Shown here: positions 9,587-18,644 of the stretch, one piece after another
Layout of the letters: every line of letters starts with the position of its first letter
Numbering within the stretch: the first letter of the stretch is position 1
Source: Leptolyngbyaceae cyanobacterium C42_A2020_001
GTDB taxonomy: Bacteria > Cyanobacteriota > Cyanobacteriia > Leptolyngbyales > Leptolyngbyaceae
Length of the DNA stretch: 64,000 nt
Direction of reading: 5' to 3'
NCBI GenBank assembly: GCA_015272515.1
Contig: JACYLN010000024.1
Location: 78,073-142,072, forward strand
Made by a program: the position numbers and the translations under genes
The notes under the pieces: model-generated
What the model was told of the DNA's origin: nothing
The model's database searches: none
What the model saw: only the letters and a program-made list of their open reading frames with translations

Positions 9587-10549
9587 ATGGCATTACGTTT
9601 TCGTGAACTAATTCTGACCCTCGGACTGATCAGCGAGTTGGGACTGCTCCCAGCCCAGGCGCAGGGATGGAATGGGCAGATGCGCCCCCTCCCTAATCTG
9701 GCTCAAACCCCTGCCCCCTCTACCCCGCCAGCTTCCACCAGCAAAGGCAGTACTTTTTACGATCGCTACATGCAGGCAGGCTACACCGCCACTAATCGCC
9801 GCGACCACTCGACTGCCCTTGTCTACTTCAAACGCGCCCTCGACGAACGCCCGGAAGATACCTATGCCATCCAAGCCATCCGCAACGTTGAAACTTACCT
9901 GAAAGCTCCCCCATCACCCTCCACCGCCAAACCTACGACCCCCACTAAACCTGCCACTCCCGCAAAACCTGCAACCCCCATCGCCAAACCTGCTGCCAAA
10001 CCTGCTGCCAAGTTAACTCCACCTAAAACACCTCCGACAACTGCCACCGCCACTGCCACTAAAGCTCCTGCTGCGGTTGTCGTGGTGCCGTCTGCGCCGC
10101 CCTCAGATGCGTTTAACGAACAGCAAGCCGTAGCGTTGATTAACCGTTGGCTTCAGGCAAAAGCGGAAGTATTTGCGCCTCCCTACGACCAGCAACAGGT
10201 GGTTGATCTGACCACGGGAGAACTGTTTGCCTCGCTGGTAAAACCCGATGGTGTATTGAACTGGTTAAAAATCAATCGGGCGTATTTCCGTTACGGCGTG
10301 CAAAATGTGGACTCGATTGAGCGCTTCGTGGTGGCTCGCGATCGCGCCACCATAGAAGTTAACCTGACCGAAGACCGCACCCTCTACCGCAACGGCACGA
10401 TTGACCCCAACCAAACCGATTTTTCTAGCCAGCGAGTTCGCTTCACCTTCGTTGCAGACAATGGCGTTTGGAAGATTGCCGATTACAAAACGGTAAATGG
10501 ACTGCTGTTAGAGCGATCGATTTTGGAGGCGGCAAGTTTGGCGAGGTGA
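9587..10549 (+). CDS. Secreted protein with a TPR-like helix pair, a P/A/K/T-rich linker and a C-terminal ARC6/IMS-like (DUF4101) domain
   Basis: Signal-peptide-like N-terminus, YMQAGY...ALVYFKRAL, and C-terminal WLQAKAEVFAPPYD...ATIEVNLTEDRTLY...WKIADY. Confidence 0.7.
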   Translation: MALRFRELILTLGLISELGLLPAQAQGWNGQMRPLPNLAQTPAPSTPPASTSKGSTFYDRYMQAGYTATNRRDHSTALVYFKRALDERPEDTYAIQAIRNVETYLKAPPSPSTAKPTTPTKPATPAKPATPIAKPAAKPAAKLTPPKTPPTTATATATKAPAAVVVVPSAPPSDAFNEQQAVALINRWLQAKAEVFAPPYDQQQVVDLTTGELFASLVKPDGVLNWLKINRAYFRYGVQNVDSIERFVVARDRATIEVNLTEDRTLYRNGTIDPNQTDFSSQRVRFTFVADNGVWKIADYKTVNGLLLERSILEAASLAR

Positions 10550-10573
10550 TTGACAAATCGGGAATGGGGAATT

Positions 10574-10598
10574 GTAGGGGCAGGTCTTGTGCCTGCCC
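10574..10598 (+). repeat. GTAG-type REP-like palindrome embedded in AATGGGG heptamer repeats
   Basis: GTAG followed by GGGCAGG-tcttgtg-CCTGCCC, flanked by (AATGGGG)n. Confidence 0.55.
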
Positions 10599-10653
10599 AG
10601 TAATGGGGAATGGGGAATGGGGAGAAGATTGGAGATTAATGGAGAGGAAATTA

Positions 10654-11064
10654 ATGAAGTGGGTTGAGAGAGCGATTTTTTGCATGGCGATGCTGGGGAT
10701 GGCTCCGGCAGCGATCACGGCGGAGTGGGAAAGTGTAACCCAAAATGCAGTGGGAGATCGCTTTTTGATTGATAAAAGCTCGATTCAACGCAAGGCAGAC
10801 ACGGTTTTTTACTGGGAATACCGCGAGTTTCCGCAGCCTAATAACGCCTTTCTAGAAGAACCTGTTGATCAGCCAGTGTATGGAGTGGTACTTAACTGGT
10901 CTGCCAATTGCACTAGCAAAACTCAGCGGTTGCGCCAGGTGACGGCTTATGACAAAGCACGCAAAGTGATTAAACGCTTTAGCTATGGCGAGAATGGAGC
11001 GCTGTTTCAACCCAAGTCGGGCAGCAGTGCTAGCACTGTGTTGAATAACGTATGCGATCGCTAA
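10654..11064 (+). CDS. Small secreted protein (surface-adhesin E-like family)
   Basis: Signal peptide, then ...FLIDKSSIQR...VFYWEYR...NWSANC...RLRQVTAYD...C pattern. ATG 10654 follows GGAGAGG. Confidence 0.6.
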   Translation: MKWVERAIFCMAMLGMAPAAITAEWESVTQNAVGDRFLIDKSSIQRKADTVFYWEYREFPQPNNAFLEEPVDQPVYGVVLNWSANCTSKTQRLRQVTAYDKARKVIKRFSYGENGALFQPKSGSSASTVLNNVCDR

Positions 11065-11154
11065 CTTACAATCAACCCAGATAAAGCGAAAAGGTTTGCT
11101 TCATAATTAGAAAAAACTTTCAGAATTAGATAACGCCCTGCCTGATCAATTAAC

Positions 11155-11784
11155 ATGAGCGATTTAGATCATCAGTTGCGCGAGTGGGTCACCGAAGCCT
11201 GTCGCCATCCCCCCGGCAGTCCCCTGCGTCAACGCCACCTCACCAAAGTGATCCGTGTGGTCTCCAACAAGCTTTGGCGAGAAAGCGTACCTTACTATCA
11301 AGATGCGTTGCAGCAAACCTGGGTGTACTTCTGCAAAAACATCTGCGGCGGGTACAATCCCAATTTGGGTAGCGTGGCAACCTGGCTGAATGCCTATCTC
11401 AAGCGTCGCCTGCAAGACTTCTATATCGATACGCAAAAGCGGCGCAAAAACGAGATTTCTTCCTGGCAAGACAAAGACGGTGAAGTGGTAGATATCACCG
11501 AAGGGCTTGCTGATGAACGAGGAGATGTAGAACCCGTTTGGGAAAAAGTCAAAGCTTGGGCGCAAGAAGATGCAGACGGTGAACTGCGAAAACTGCACAT
11601 TGAAGGATATCCAGAAGTTACCTGTCAGGTGTTGATTTTGCGACGGCTACTCTCAGAAACAAGCTGGAAAGCCCTGTCCGAAGAATTTGGTGCGCCTATT
11701 CCCACGCTCAGCAGTTTTTATCGCCGACAATGTATGCCGCGTTTGCGTAAATTTGGTGAGTCCGAGGGATATGTCAGTAGCTAA
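11155..11784 (+). CDS. Divergent sigma-70 family (ECF-like) sigma factor
   Basis: Region-2-like DALQQTWVYF and SVATWLNAYLKRRLQD, plus a C-terminal HTH-like TSWKALSEEFGAPIPTLSSFY. No region 3. Confidence 0.7.
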   Translation: MSDLDHQLREWVTEACRHPPGSPLRQRHLTKVIRVVSNKLWRESVPYYQDALQQTWVYFCKNICGGYNPNLGSVATWLNAYLKRRLQDFYIDTQKRRKNEISSWQDKDGEVVDITEGLADERGDVEPVWEKVKAWAQEDADGELRKLHIEGYPEVTCQVLILRRLLSETSWKALSEEFGAPIPTLSSFYRRQCMPRLRKFGESEGYVSS

Positions 11785-11799
11785 TGAGGATTCATCACT

Positions 11800-12732
11800 A
11801 TGACACACGGTACCTATGAGTTTGCTTTGACCCTCCCCATTACTCAGGGGGCACGTCGGACTGCCCAAACGTTTGCCAGCCAACAACCCACCGCTACAAA
11901 AGCTGAACAGGTGCGGCTGAACACGCTGGCGGTTCTTGTGACTCAAGACTATTTGCAACTAATGGAGATTCCTACGGATTTGCCAGCAGGTGATAGCTGG
12001 AATCCCATTATGCGAACCTGCATGGATGTTGCTGATCTGGAGTTGCCGGGTGTGGGACGGTTGGAGTGTCGTCCGGTGAAGCCCAATGAGGAACGGTGTC
12101 AGGTTCCGGCGGAAACGTGGGAAGACCGGGTTGGGTATGTGGTGGTGCAGGTGGATGAAGCCTCTCAGGAAGCGCAGATTCTTGGGTTTGTCCCGGAAGC
12201 CCAGGATGAAGAATTGCCGCTGACCGAGCTGCGATCGCCGGAGGAACTGCTGGATCATCTCTATGAGTTGCGGGTTGCTCCCGTGGAACGTACCCTCACA
12301 AATCTCAGTACCTGGTTGCAAAATGCGCTGCGGGGCGGGCAACAGGCGATCGCGGAGGGGTGGCAGGCCGTTGAGCAAGTGTTAACTCCTGCTGAACTGA
12401 GTCCTGCCTATGCCTTTCGTCGCAGTTCGGTCCGGCAGGCAAAACCGATTACGCTGGGCAGCGATCGCGTTGTGCTGGTAGTAGACGTGCAGGCTGAAAC
12501 TGATGGGCAAACGGAAATTCGACTCCAACTCCACCCAGTTGCGGCGCAACCCAATTTGCCTCCTGGCGTACAGATGGCCGTCTTGGATGAGACTGGCACT
12601 GAGGTTATCGATGCTGAAGCAACGGGCAACGAAGATTTTCTAGAATTGCAGATCGATGGAGCTTCTGGAGAAGCCTTCAATGTGCAAATTCGCCTGAGTG
12701 CCTTTCAGCATACTCAAGCGTTTGTGATCTGA
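11800..12732 (+). CDS. DUF1822 family protein
   Basis: KAEQVRLNTLAV, WNPIMR, DLELPGVGRLECRPV, EDRVGYVVVQ and LQLHP...LPPGVQMAVLDETG motifs characteristic of cyanobacterial DUF1822. Confidence 0.85.
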   Translation: MTHGTYEFALTLPITQGARRTAQTFASQQPTATKAEQVRLNTLAVLVTQDYLQLMEIPTDLPAGDSWNPIMRTCMDVADLELPGVGRLECRPVKPNEERCQVPAETWEDRVGYVVVQVDEASQEAQILGFVPEAQDEELPLTELRSPEELLDHLYELRVAPVERTLTNLSTWLQNALRGGQQAIAEGWQAVEQVLTPAELSPAYAFRRSSVRQAKPITLGSDRVVLVVDVQAETDGQTEIRLQLHPVAAQPNLPPGVQMAVLDETGTEVIDAEATGNEDFLELQIDGASGEAFNVQIRLSAFQHTQAFVI

Positions 12733-12911
12733 TCGTTCTAAACCGTGTCTAACCCGAAAACTAGAGGTTTCTCTTTGCAAGACAACGGATTTGACCAGGG
12801 ACAAAGTTTGATTCACAAGCATTAGAGCAGAATGCTGAGTATGATGCATACCATACGCTTCTCGCTCCTAGCCCCCATGCCTTATGTCTATGCGATTGGA
12901 GGGCGATCGCG

Positions 12912-15428
12912 ATGGGTAAGTTAGTCGTTCTAAAAATCATTGATGGCAGCTTTGACCACGGCTTTACGGCAATGCTGCAAATTGGGCACGAAGGCGAACG
13001 CCCGTTTGTCGAAACCACTGGAAAACTGCCGCCCCTGCCCGAAATGCCGCTGTATTACAGTCGCTGGCAGGATACGTACTGGCGGCTCGATTCGCGCTAT
13101 CGCATTTCCGCCAAAAAAGGACAAAATCCCAACGTTTCCCTCACAGAAGACTGTAACAATGCCGCGCAAATGCTAAAAGCCCGTTTTAATGCGTGGTTGC
13201 TGGCAGATGAGTTTCGTCCATTACGGGAAAAATGGCTAGAACGGCTATCTCCCGACGAAGATATTCGGGTGATTTTGCAGACGGAAGACAGCCAGTTGCG
13301 GCAAATGCCCTGGCACTTGTTGGATTTTTTAGAGCGCTATGCCAAAGCAGAATTTGCTCTGAGCGCGCTGAATACGGATGCTCCGCCTCAACCGCGATCG
13401 CCCAACAAAGCCCACGTTAATATTCTCTCGGTAATTGGCAATAGCGATGGCATCGATACTCAAGCAGATCAAGCGCTCCTTACCAGTTTGCCTAAGGCTA
13501 AAGTTTCCACCCTGTTAGAACCAGACCGCAGACATCTAACCGATGAACTGTGGCGCGAACCGTGGGACATTTTGTTTTTTGCGGGGCACAGCTCTAGTCA
13601 TGGCGATCGCCAAAGCGGCAAGATTTTTCTCAACAAAACCGACAGCCTCACCATCAGTGAATTGAAATACGCGCTGCGAAAATCTGTAGAAAACGGATTG
13701 CAACTGGCAATCTTTAATTCCTGTGATGGGTTGGGGCTAGCGCGGGAACTGGCAGATTTGCGAATTCCTCAAATCATCGTCATGCGGGAACCCGTGCCCG
13801 ATCGCGTCGCACAGGAGTTTTTGAAGTATTTTTTGGGGGAATACGCCAAAGGTACGCCGCTTTACTTGGCAGTTCGAGAAGCGCGAGAACGGTTGCAAGG
13901 CTTGGAGCATCAATTTCCCTGTGCCACCTGGTTGCCGTTAATTTGCCAGCATCCAGCGGTGATGCCTCCCACCTGGCACGACTTCATCCAGCCCGAACCG
14001 GAACCCGAACCAAAGCCCGATCCATTTTCCATCCGGCGCACATTGACAATCGCCCTGGTTTCCAGCCTGGCAGTGGCGAGTGTGGTTTGTGGTTTGCGTG
14101 CCTGGGGAGTGCTGCAACCGCTAGAATTTGCTGCCTTCGACCAGATGACACGCCTGCGTCCTGAAGAAGCCCCCGATCCTCGTTTGTTCGTCGTCACGAT
14201 TGATGATGAAGATGTGCGATCGCAGCAACAAACAGAGAATTTGCAGGGAAGTTCCATCTCAGATCGCAACCTAGCTCGGCTGTTGAACTTGATCAACGCT
14301 CACCAGCCTGCTGTGATTGGGCTAGATGTTCACCGTGACGAAAAAGCCTCATCTCAATATCCGCAACTCATTGCCCAACTGCGGGATAACCCTAACCTGA
14401 TCACGATTTGCAAAGCGGGGTACGACAAAGCCAACCCCTACGGCATTGCGCCTCCTCCAGAAATTCCACCCCAAAGCTTTCGGGTAGGGTTCAGCGATTT
14501 TGTGATGGACTCAGATGAAGTCGTGCGCCGTCACTTGCTAGCAATGTCACCGGAAAGCTTGGGAGAATCGCGTTGCCAGTTTCCAACCGCGTTCAATGTG
14601 GAACTGGCACTGCGCTATTTACAGCCGTATTTAGATATCAACCAAACTGGATTTGCTAGAGAGTGGGATGAAAATCTCAAACTCCGGCTGACTCAACAGC
14701 CGCAAAATTTGCCGACCGTGCCTCATGGTTATTGGGGCGGAGGCGCAAAACCGAAAACAGATAACTGGCAGCCTTATGAGGTGCTGTTTTCTCGCCTGCG
14801 ATCGCGCCAGGGAGTTTATCAGGGGTTAAGCGGGGATGCCTACGGCACTCAAATTTTGTTGAACTACCGGGCGACCCGCCAACCGAATCATGTGGCGGTT
14901 TCCAGACCGTTGCGCTGGTTTTTGTCCCAGGAAAAGCCCCCTGCTGCTGAGGAGTTAAAGAACTTGATTCAGGGGCGGATTGTGTTGATTGGGGTAACGG
15001 CTCGCGATCGCGATGTCTTCAAAACCCCTTATGGCACAGAGCTAGATCAGCGAGTTCCGGGGGTGTTTTTGCACGCACACAAACTTAGCCAAATCTTAAG
15101 TGCAGTCCTCGATGGCCGTCCTCTATTGTGGATGTGGTCGCCCTGGGTGGATTTAGTCTGGATTGGCGGTTGGGCGCTCACAGGAGGATGTTTAGCATGG
15201 ATGCTGTGTTCGCGCAAAACGCGTCGTTCTGTGGTGCCTCAAATGGCTCTGGCGATCGGACTTTCTACAGGAGTGGTTTACGGAATATGCGGTGGTGTGT
15301 TGGTAGTGCTGGGTGGATGGATTCCGTTTGTACCTGCCGCTCTGGCATTGGGAGCCACCAGCACAGGCGTTGCGATTTTACTGACTCGCCAGCCCGTTCA
15401 ATCGTTAGATCTTATTTATTCGCGCTAG
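12912..15428 (+). CDS. CHAT (caspase-like protease) plus CHASE2 domain membrane protein
   Basis: CHAT motifs LRQMPWH, LFFAGHS, LAIFNSCDG and IIVMREPV. A transmembrane segment leads to CHASE2 (DPRLFVVTID, AVIGLDV, DEVVRRHLL, GRIVLIG, PGVFLHA), followed by three transmembrane helices. Confidence 0.9.
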   Translation: MGKLVVLKIIDGSFDHGFTAMLQIGHEGERPFVETTGKLPPLPEMPLYYSRWQDTYWRLDSRYRISAKKGQNPNVSLTEDCNNAAQMLKARFNAWLLADEFRPLREKWLERLSPDEDIRVILQTEDSQLRQMPWHLLDFLERYAKAEFALSALNTDAPPQPRSPNKAHVNILSVIGNSDGIDTQADQALLTSLPKAKVSTLLEPDRRHLTDELWREPWDILFFAGHSSSHGDRQSGKIFLNKTDSLTISELKYALRKSVENGLQLAIFNSCDGLGLARELADLRIPQIIVMREPVPDRVAQEFLKYFLGEYAKGTPLYLAVREARERLQGLEHQFPCATWLPLICQHPAVMPPTWHDFIQPEPEPEPKPDPFSIRRTLTIALVSSLAVASVVCGLRAWGVLQPLEFAAFDQMTRLRPEEAPDPRLFVVTIDDEDVRSQQQTENLQGSSISDRNLARLLNLINAHQPAVIGLDVHRDEKASSQYPQLIAQLRDNPNLITICKAGYDKANPYGIAPPPEIPPQSFRVGFSDFVMDSDEVVRRHLLAMSPESLGESRCQFPTAFNVELALRYLQPYLDINQTGFAREWDENLKLRLTQQPQNLPTVPHGYWGGGAKPKTDNWQPYEVLFSRLRSRQGVYQGLSGDAYGTQILLNYRATRQPNHVAVSRPLRWFLSQEKPPAAEELKNLIQGRIVLIGVTARDRDVFKTPYGTELDQRVPGVFLHAHKLSQILSAVLDGRPLLWMWSPWVDLVWIGGWALTGGCLAWMLCSRKTRRSVVPQMALAIGLSTGVVYGICGGVLVVLGGWIPFVPAALALGATSTGVAILLTRQPVQSLDLIYSR

Positions 15429-15438
15429 GAGGGACTGT

Positions 15439-16281
15439 ATGACATCTATTATTCAATCGATTGTTTTAACCAGCATGGGAGCGGCGATCGTGCTGGGTAG
15501 TTTGCCGCTCGTGCCGCCCGTTGCTCAAGCTCAAACTCGCCCTGTTCAAGTTGCTCAACGTGCACCAGGGGTTGTATACATTCGGCGAGAGGTATCAGGA
15601 CCTGCCCCCAGTGGACGCTACAGAGGCGGCGGCAGTCGTAATCCTGAAGCTCAGGTAGTTTGCCCTGCAACCCCATTGCCCCTGACTGCGATCGTTCCCT
15701 TTGAAGAAATCTATGAACCTGGACGAGAAAATCGCCCTCCACTGGTAAATGTTTGGGGCTACACCACGGCTGAACGTCCTACCTTCTGGGTGTATATTCC
15801 CTACAGCAATCCAGCGATTCCAGCCAAGCTCACAATTGATGATGAAGAAGCGGGTACGACCATTTACGAAGAGTCGGTAAGGTTGCCAAAACAACCAGGT
15901 ATCACCAGCCTGCAAGTGCCTAAAACGGTTCCAGTACTAGAACCCGGCAAACGCTACCGTTGGTTCTTCACTTTAGAGTGCAAAGCCCCTACTGCTGCCA
16001 GCACTGACAACATTAACGTTACAGCAGTGGTGATTCGCGATCGCCTACCTGCCACCGCCCAACTCACAAAAACACCATCTATAGAGAATGCCAGAATCTA
16101 TGCCCAAAACGGCTTCTGGTACGATGCCTTAGATACATTGGCAACCCTGCGCCAACAGCGTCCCCAAGATCCAGAGCTGATGCAATCCTGGCAAGATTTA
16201 TTAGCAGGTATCGCCACCACTGATAAATCTAAGCAAAACTTTAAGCTTGACCAAATCTCATCGCAGCCCTTGGTCAAGTGA
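15439..16281 (+). CDS. DUF928 domain-containing secreted protein
   Basis: Signal peptide, GGGSR...C...LTAIVP, TTAERPTFWVYIPY, LEPGKRYRWFF and YAQNGFWYDAL motifs. Confidence 0.88.
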   Translation: MTSIIQSIVLTSMGAAIVLGSLPLVPPVAQAQTRPVQVAQRAPGVVYIRREVSGPAPSGRYRGGGSRNPEAQVVCPATPLPLTAIVPFEEIYEPGRENRPPLVNVWGYTTAERPTFWVYIPYSNPAIPAKLTIDDEEAGTTIYEESVRLPKQPGITSLQVPKTVPVLEPGKRYRWFFTLECKAPTAASTDNINVTAVVIRDRLPATAQLTKTPSIENARIYAQNGFWYDALDTLATLRQQRPQDPELMQSWQDLLAGIATTDKSKQNFKLDQISSQPLVK

Positions 16282-17174
16282 GTGATCGCCCTGCTCCCTG
16301 GCGACTGGGTTTGACCTTAGCAAGTGGGATTTTAGCAGTCTCCACTTCGGCTCCCCTGGTGCGCCTGGCAATGGCAGCGGCGATGACCCAAACGGTGAGC
16401 TTTAGTTTTGTGCTAGCCGCGTTGCGATTGAGTTTTGCGGCTGTGATGCTGCTACCTGCATGGCGTTCAGTGGCTCACAGTAAACCCACTCCCGTTGCCA
16501 TAGGCTATGCGATCGCCGCTGGTATCACTTTAGCGATCCATTTTGCCACCTGGATTACCTCCCTCACCTTTACCTCGATCGCCGCTTCTACGGCGTTGGT
16601 CACCACCAATCCCGTATGGGTAGCGCTTTTATCCTGGGTTTGGTTGGGTGAAAAACCTACCCGGCGAGTTCTGCTTGGCACCGGGATCGCGTTAATTGGT
16701 GGATTGCTGATTGGGTTGGGAGGAACCGACCCCAGCGCAACCGGAAGCCATCCGTTATTAGGCGATGGGCTGGCACTGGTTGGAGCGTGGATGGTGAGTT
16801 TGTATTTTTTGTTGGGGCGAGAGGCTCAGCGGAACGGGTTGAGTCTCAGTAGTTATGTGGCGATCGCCTACAGTGTGGCAGCGATCGCGCTGCTGCCGTT
16901 GCCGCTCCTGACTGGAACGAGCTACACAGGTTATTCCTCCGTTGTCTACGGCTACATTGTGCTAACAGCGCTACTGCCTCAAATTGTGGGGCACACCAGC
17001 TTTAACTGGGCGGTTCGCTGGATGTCACCTACTGTCGTAACGCTGGCTATTTTGTTTGAACCCGTTCTGGCAAGTTTGATGGGTTTCGTCCTATTTAAGG
17101 AAATTCCGGATGAATCGGTGTTAACAGGAGCACTCGTATTGTTAATCGGAGTTGCGATCGCTGCGATCGCGTAG
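16278..17174 (+). CDS. DMT/EamA family transporter
   Basis: About 10 transmembrane segments, LAIHFATWITSL and GHTSFNWA, EPV motif. The GTG start overlaps the DUF928 stop codon. Confidence 0.88.
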   Translation: MSDRPAPWRLGLTLASGILAVSTSAPLVRLAMAAAMTQTVSFSFVLAALRLSFAAVMLLPAWRSVAHSKPTPVAIGYAIAAGITLAIHFATWITSLTFTSIAASTALVTTNPVWVALLSWVWLGEKPTRRVLLGTGIALIGGLLIGLGGTDPSATGSHPLLGDGLALVGAWMVSLYFLLGREAQRNGLSLSSYVAIAYSVAAIALLPLPLLTGTSYTGYSSVVYGYIVLTALLPQIVGHTSFNWAVRWMSPTVVTLAILFEPVLASLMGFVLFKEIPDESVLTGALVLLIGVAIAAIA

Positions 17175-17442
17175 CTTGAAAAGTATATTTGCAGGATGTT
17201 GCAAGATACTCTAATTCTCAGAAGTCAGAGAACGAAGATCAATTTGCCGTGATAAAGATCACACAGATGACTGATCGTGATCGCTTCTACTTTCTCTGTC
17301 TCCAGACATACTTAAGGAGACTCAACTCTAGCCGAGTCATCAACAGGGAACACACGACTGCCGACAGGTTTCTCATGGAACCGTCGGTTTTTTATTGGTA
17401 GGGGCAGCACTTGTTCTCAACTTTCTGATTGAAGTTGCAAAC

Positions 17443-17518
17443 AAAAAAGGCGGGTAATAGAGGAGAAACGACCGTCAGGGTTGCGTATCCTGGAGTCGTC
17501 TTTCGTCTATTACCTGCC
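17443..17518 (-). terminator. Long hairpin followed by a U-tract on the minus strand, downstream of the nuclease gene
   Basis: 24-nt arms (17449-17472 and 17495-17518) with 4 non-Watson-Crick positions, an inner CAGGGT/ATCCTG stem, and an A6 run at 17443-17448. Confidence 0.6.
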
Positions 17519-17536
17519 TAGTTCAGCGAAAACTGG

Positions 17537-18331
17537 TTATGCCAAATTTAGAGCTAATTGAAGTTGGGGTTTGGCATTGGATTGAGGGACAGGGGTAGGG
17601 TTTGCCGTGACAGCGGGGCAGTAGCGGGCAAAGGTGCAGCGATGACACTGCTTTCCCTGTTTTGGCTCCCAGCCGCGATCGTGGCGTAATCGCACAGCCA
17701 GATCCCCAATAATTTCCTGCACTTCTTCTTGATGCTCTTGTGCTGCCCGAAACTGAACTTTTTCCCCTGTTCGCAAAAACAGCAAACTGAGATATTTCAA
17801 ACTTTGGCGATAGGTTTGTTCTAAAGCGAGGTAATACAGCCCAATCTGAATGTCGATTTCGGATGTTTCTGGCAGTTTCATTTCCCGTCCAGATTTGTAG
17901 TCAATCAACTCCAGCCCATCACTCAAAAAATCAATTCGGTCGTAGCGCCCAACAAGCGTAAACTCCAAATTTTCAACTTGCAAATACCCCTGAATTTTGC
18001 CCTCCACTGCAAGCGGTTGGTTTAACGCTGGCTCGTTGGCAATAAAACGCCAGTAGTAGCGCTCCAAAATCTCTCTTCCTTCGGCTATCTGCGTATGGCT
18101 CAAGCCATCGGTGTGGGTATCCCAGCAGCGATAAATCCACTGAATATCAGGAACAGGATAGCGGTAGTGCCAATCTCGATGACATTGAGCCAGTGCTTGA
18201 TGCAGGGCATTTCCCAAAGCCGCAGACCCATAGAATTCAGTGCTGGTTAACTTACGCTCATAGCGCAGGTAGTAAGCGTAGGGACAGCGATGATATGCCT
18301 GAAGTTTGGTCGCCGAAATTTGGTACGTCAT
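17537..18331 (-). CDS. Stand-alone PD-(D/E)XK nuclease (AddB/Cas4-like) with a putative Fe-S cluster
   Basis: ISATKLQAYHRCP, GNALHQAL, GRYDRID...LIDYKSG, QIGLY and C-terminal CHRCTFARYC. Confidence 0.85.
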   Translation of the reverse strand: MTYQISATKLQAYHRCPYAYYLRYERKLTSTEFYGSAALGNALHQALAQCHRDWHYRYPVPDIQWIYRCWDTHTDGLSHTQIAEGREILERYYWRFIANEPALNQPLAVEGKIQGYLQVENLEFTLVGRYDRIDFLSDGLELIDYKSGREMKLPETSEIDIQIGLYYLALEQTYRQSLKYLSLLFLRTGEKVQFRAAQEHQEEVQEIIGDLAVRLRHDRGWEPKQGKQCHRCTFARYCPAVTANPTPVPQSNAKPQLQLALNLA

Positions 18332-18413
18332 AACTCAGGGGAAGGGGATTAGGGTTTAGGGGTTGGGGGAGGAAGAAGAATCATGCCTTCTGCCTCCTGC
18401 CTTCGCCTTTGTT

Positions 18414-18644
18414 TTAGTTCTGTGCGATTGGGCGTTTGAATAATGCATCCAGATAAATGCGAGAAGCCTGACGATGATTCAGTTTTTCGGGTGCGGCTTC
18501 GGACTGGTTTTGCAACAAGAACAGGGAGAGAGCAGCGGTAATCACCCGATCTTGATCCCAGTCGGGGCGCATTTCTAAATAGCTTCTAAGAGACTCGTGC
18601 AGAATTTCGGGAACTTCTACCAAAAGGCTCACAGTGGTATCCAT
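18414..18644 (-). CDS. DUF2811 family small protein, copy 1
   Basis: VSLLVEVPEILHESLRSYLE...WDQDRVITAALSLFLLQN...YLDALF. Confidence 0.85.
   Translation of the reverse strand: MDTTVSLLVEVPEILHESLRSYLEMRPDWDQDRVITAALSLFLLQNQSEAAPEKLNHRQASRIYLDALFKRPIAQN

Noticed and set aside
17189-17401. 70-aa ORF in the gap after the DMT transporter
   Set aside because: TTG start, no motif and no clear RBS; cannot be supported as a gene.
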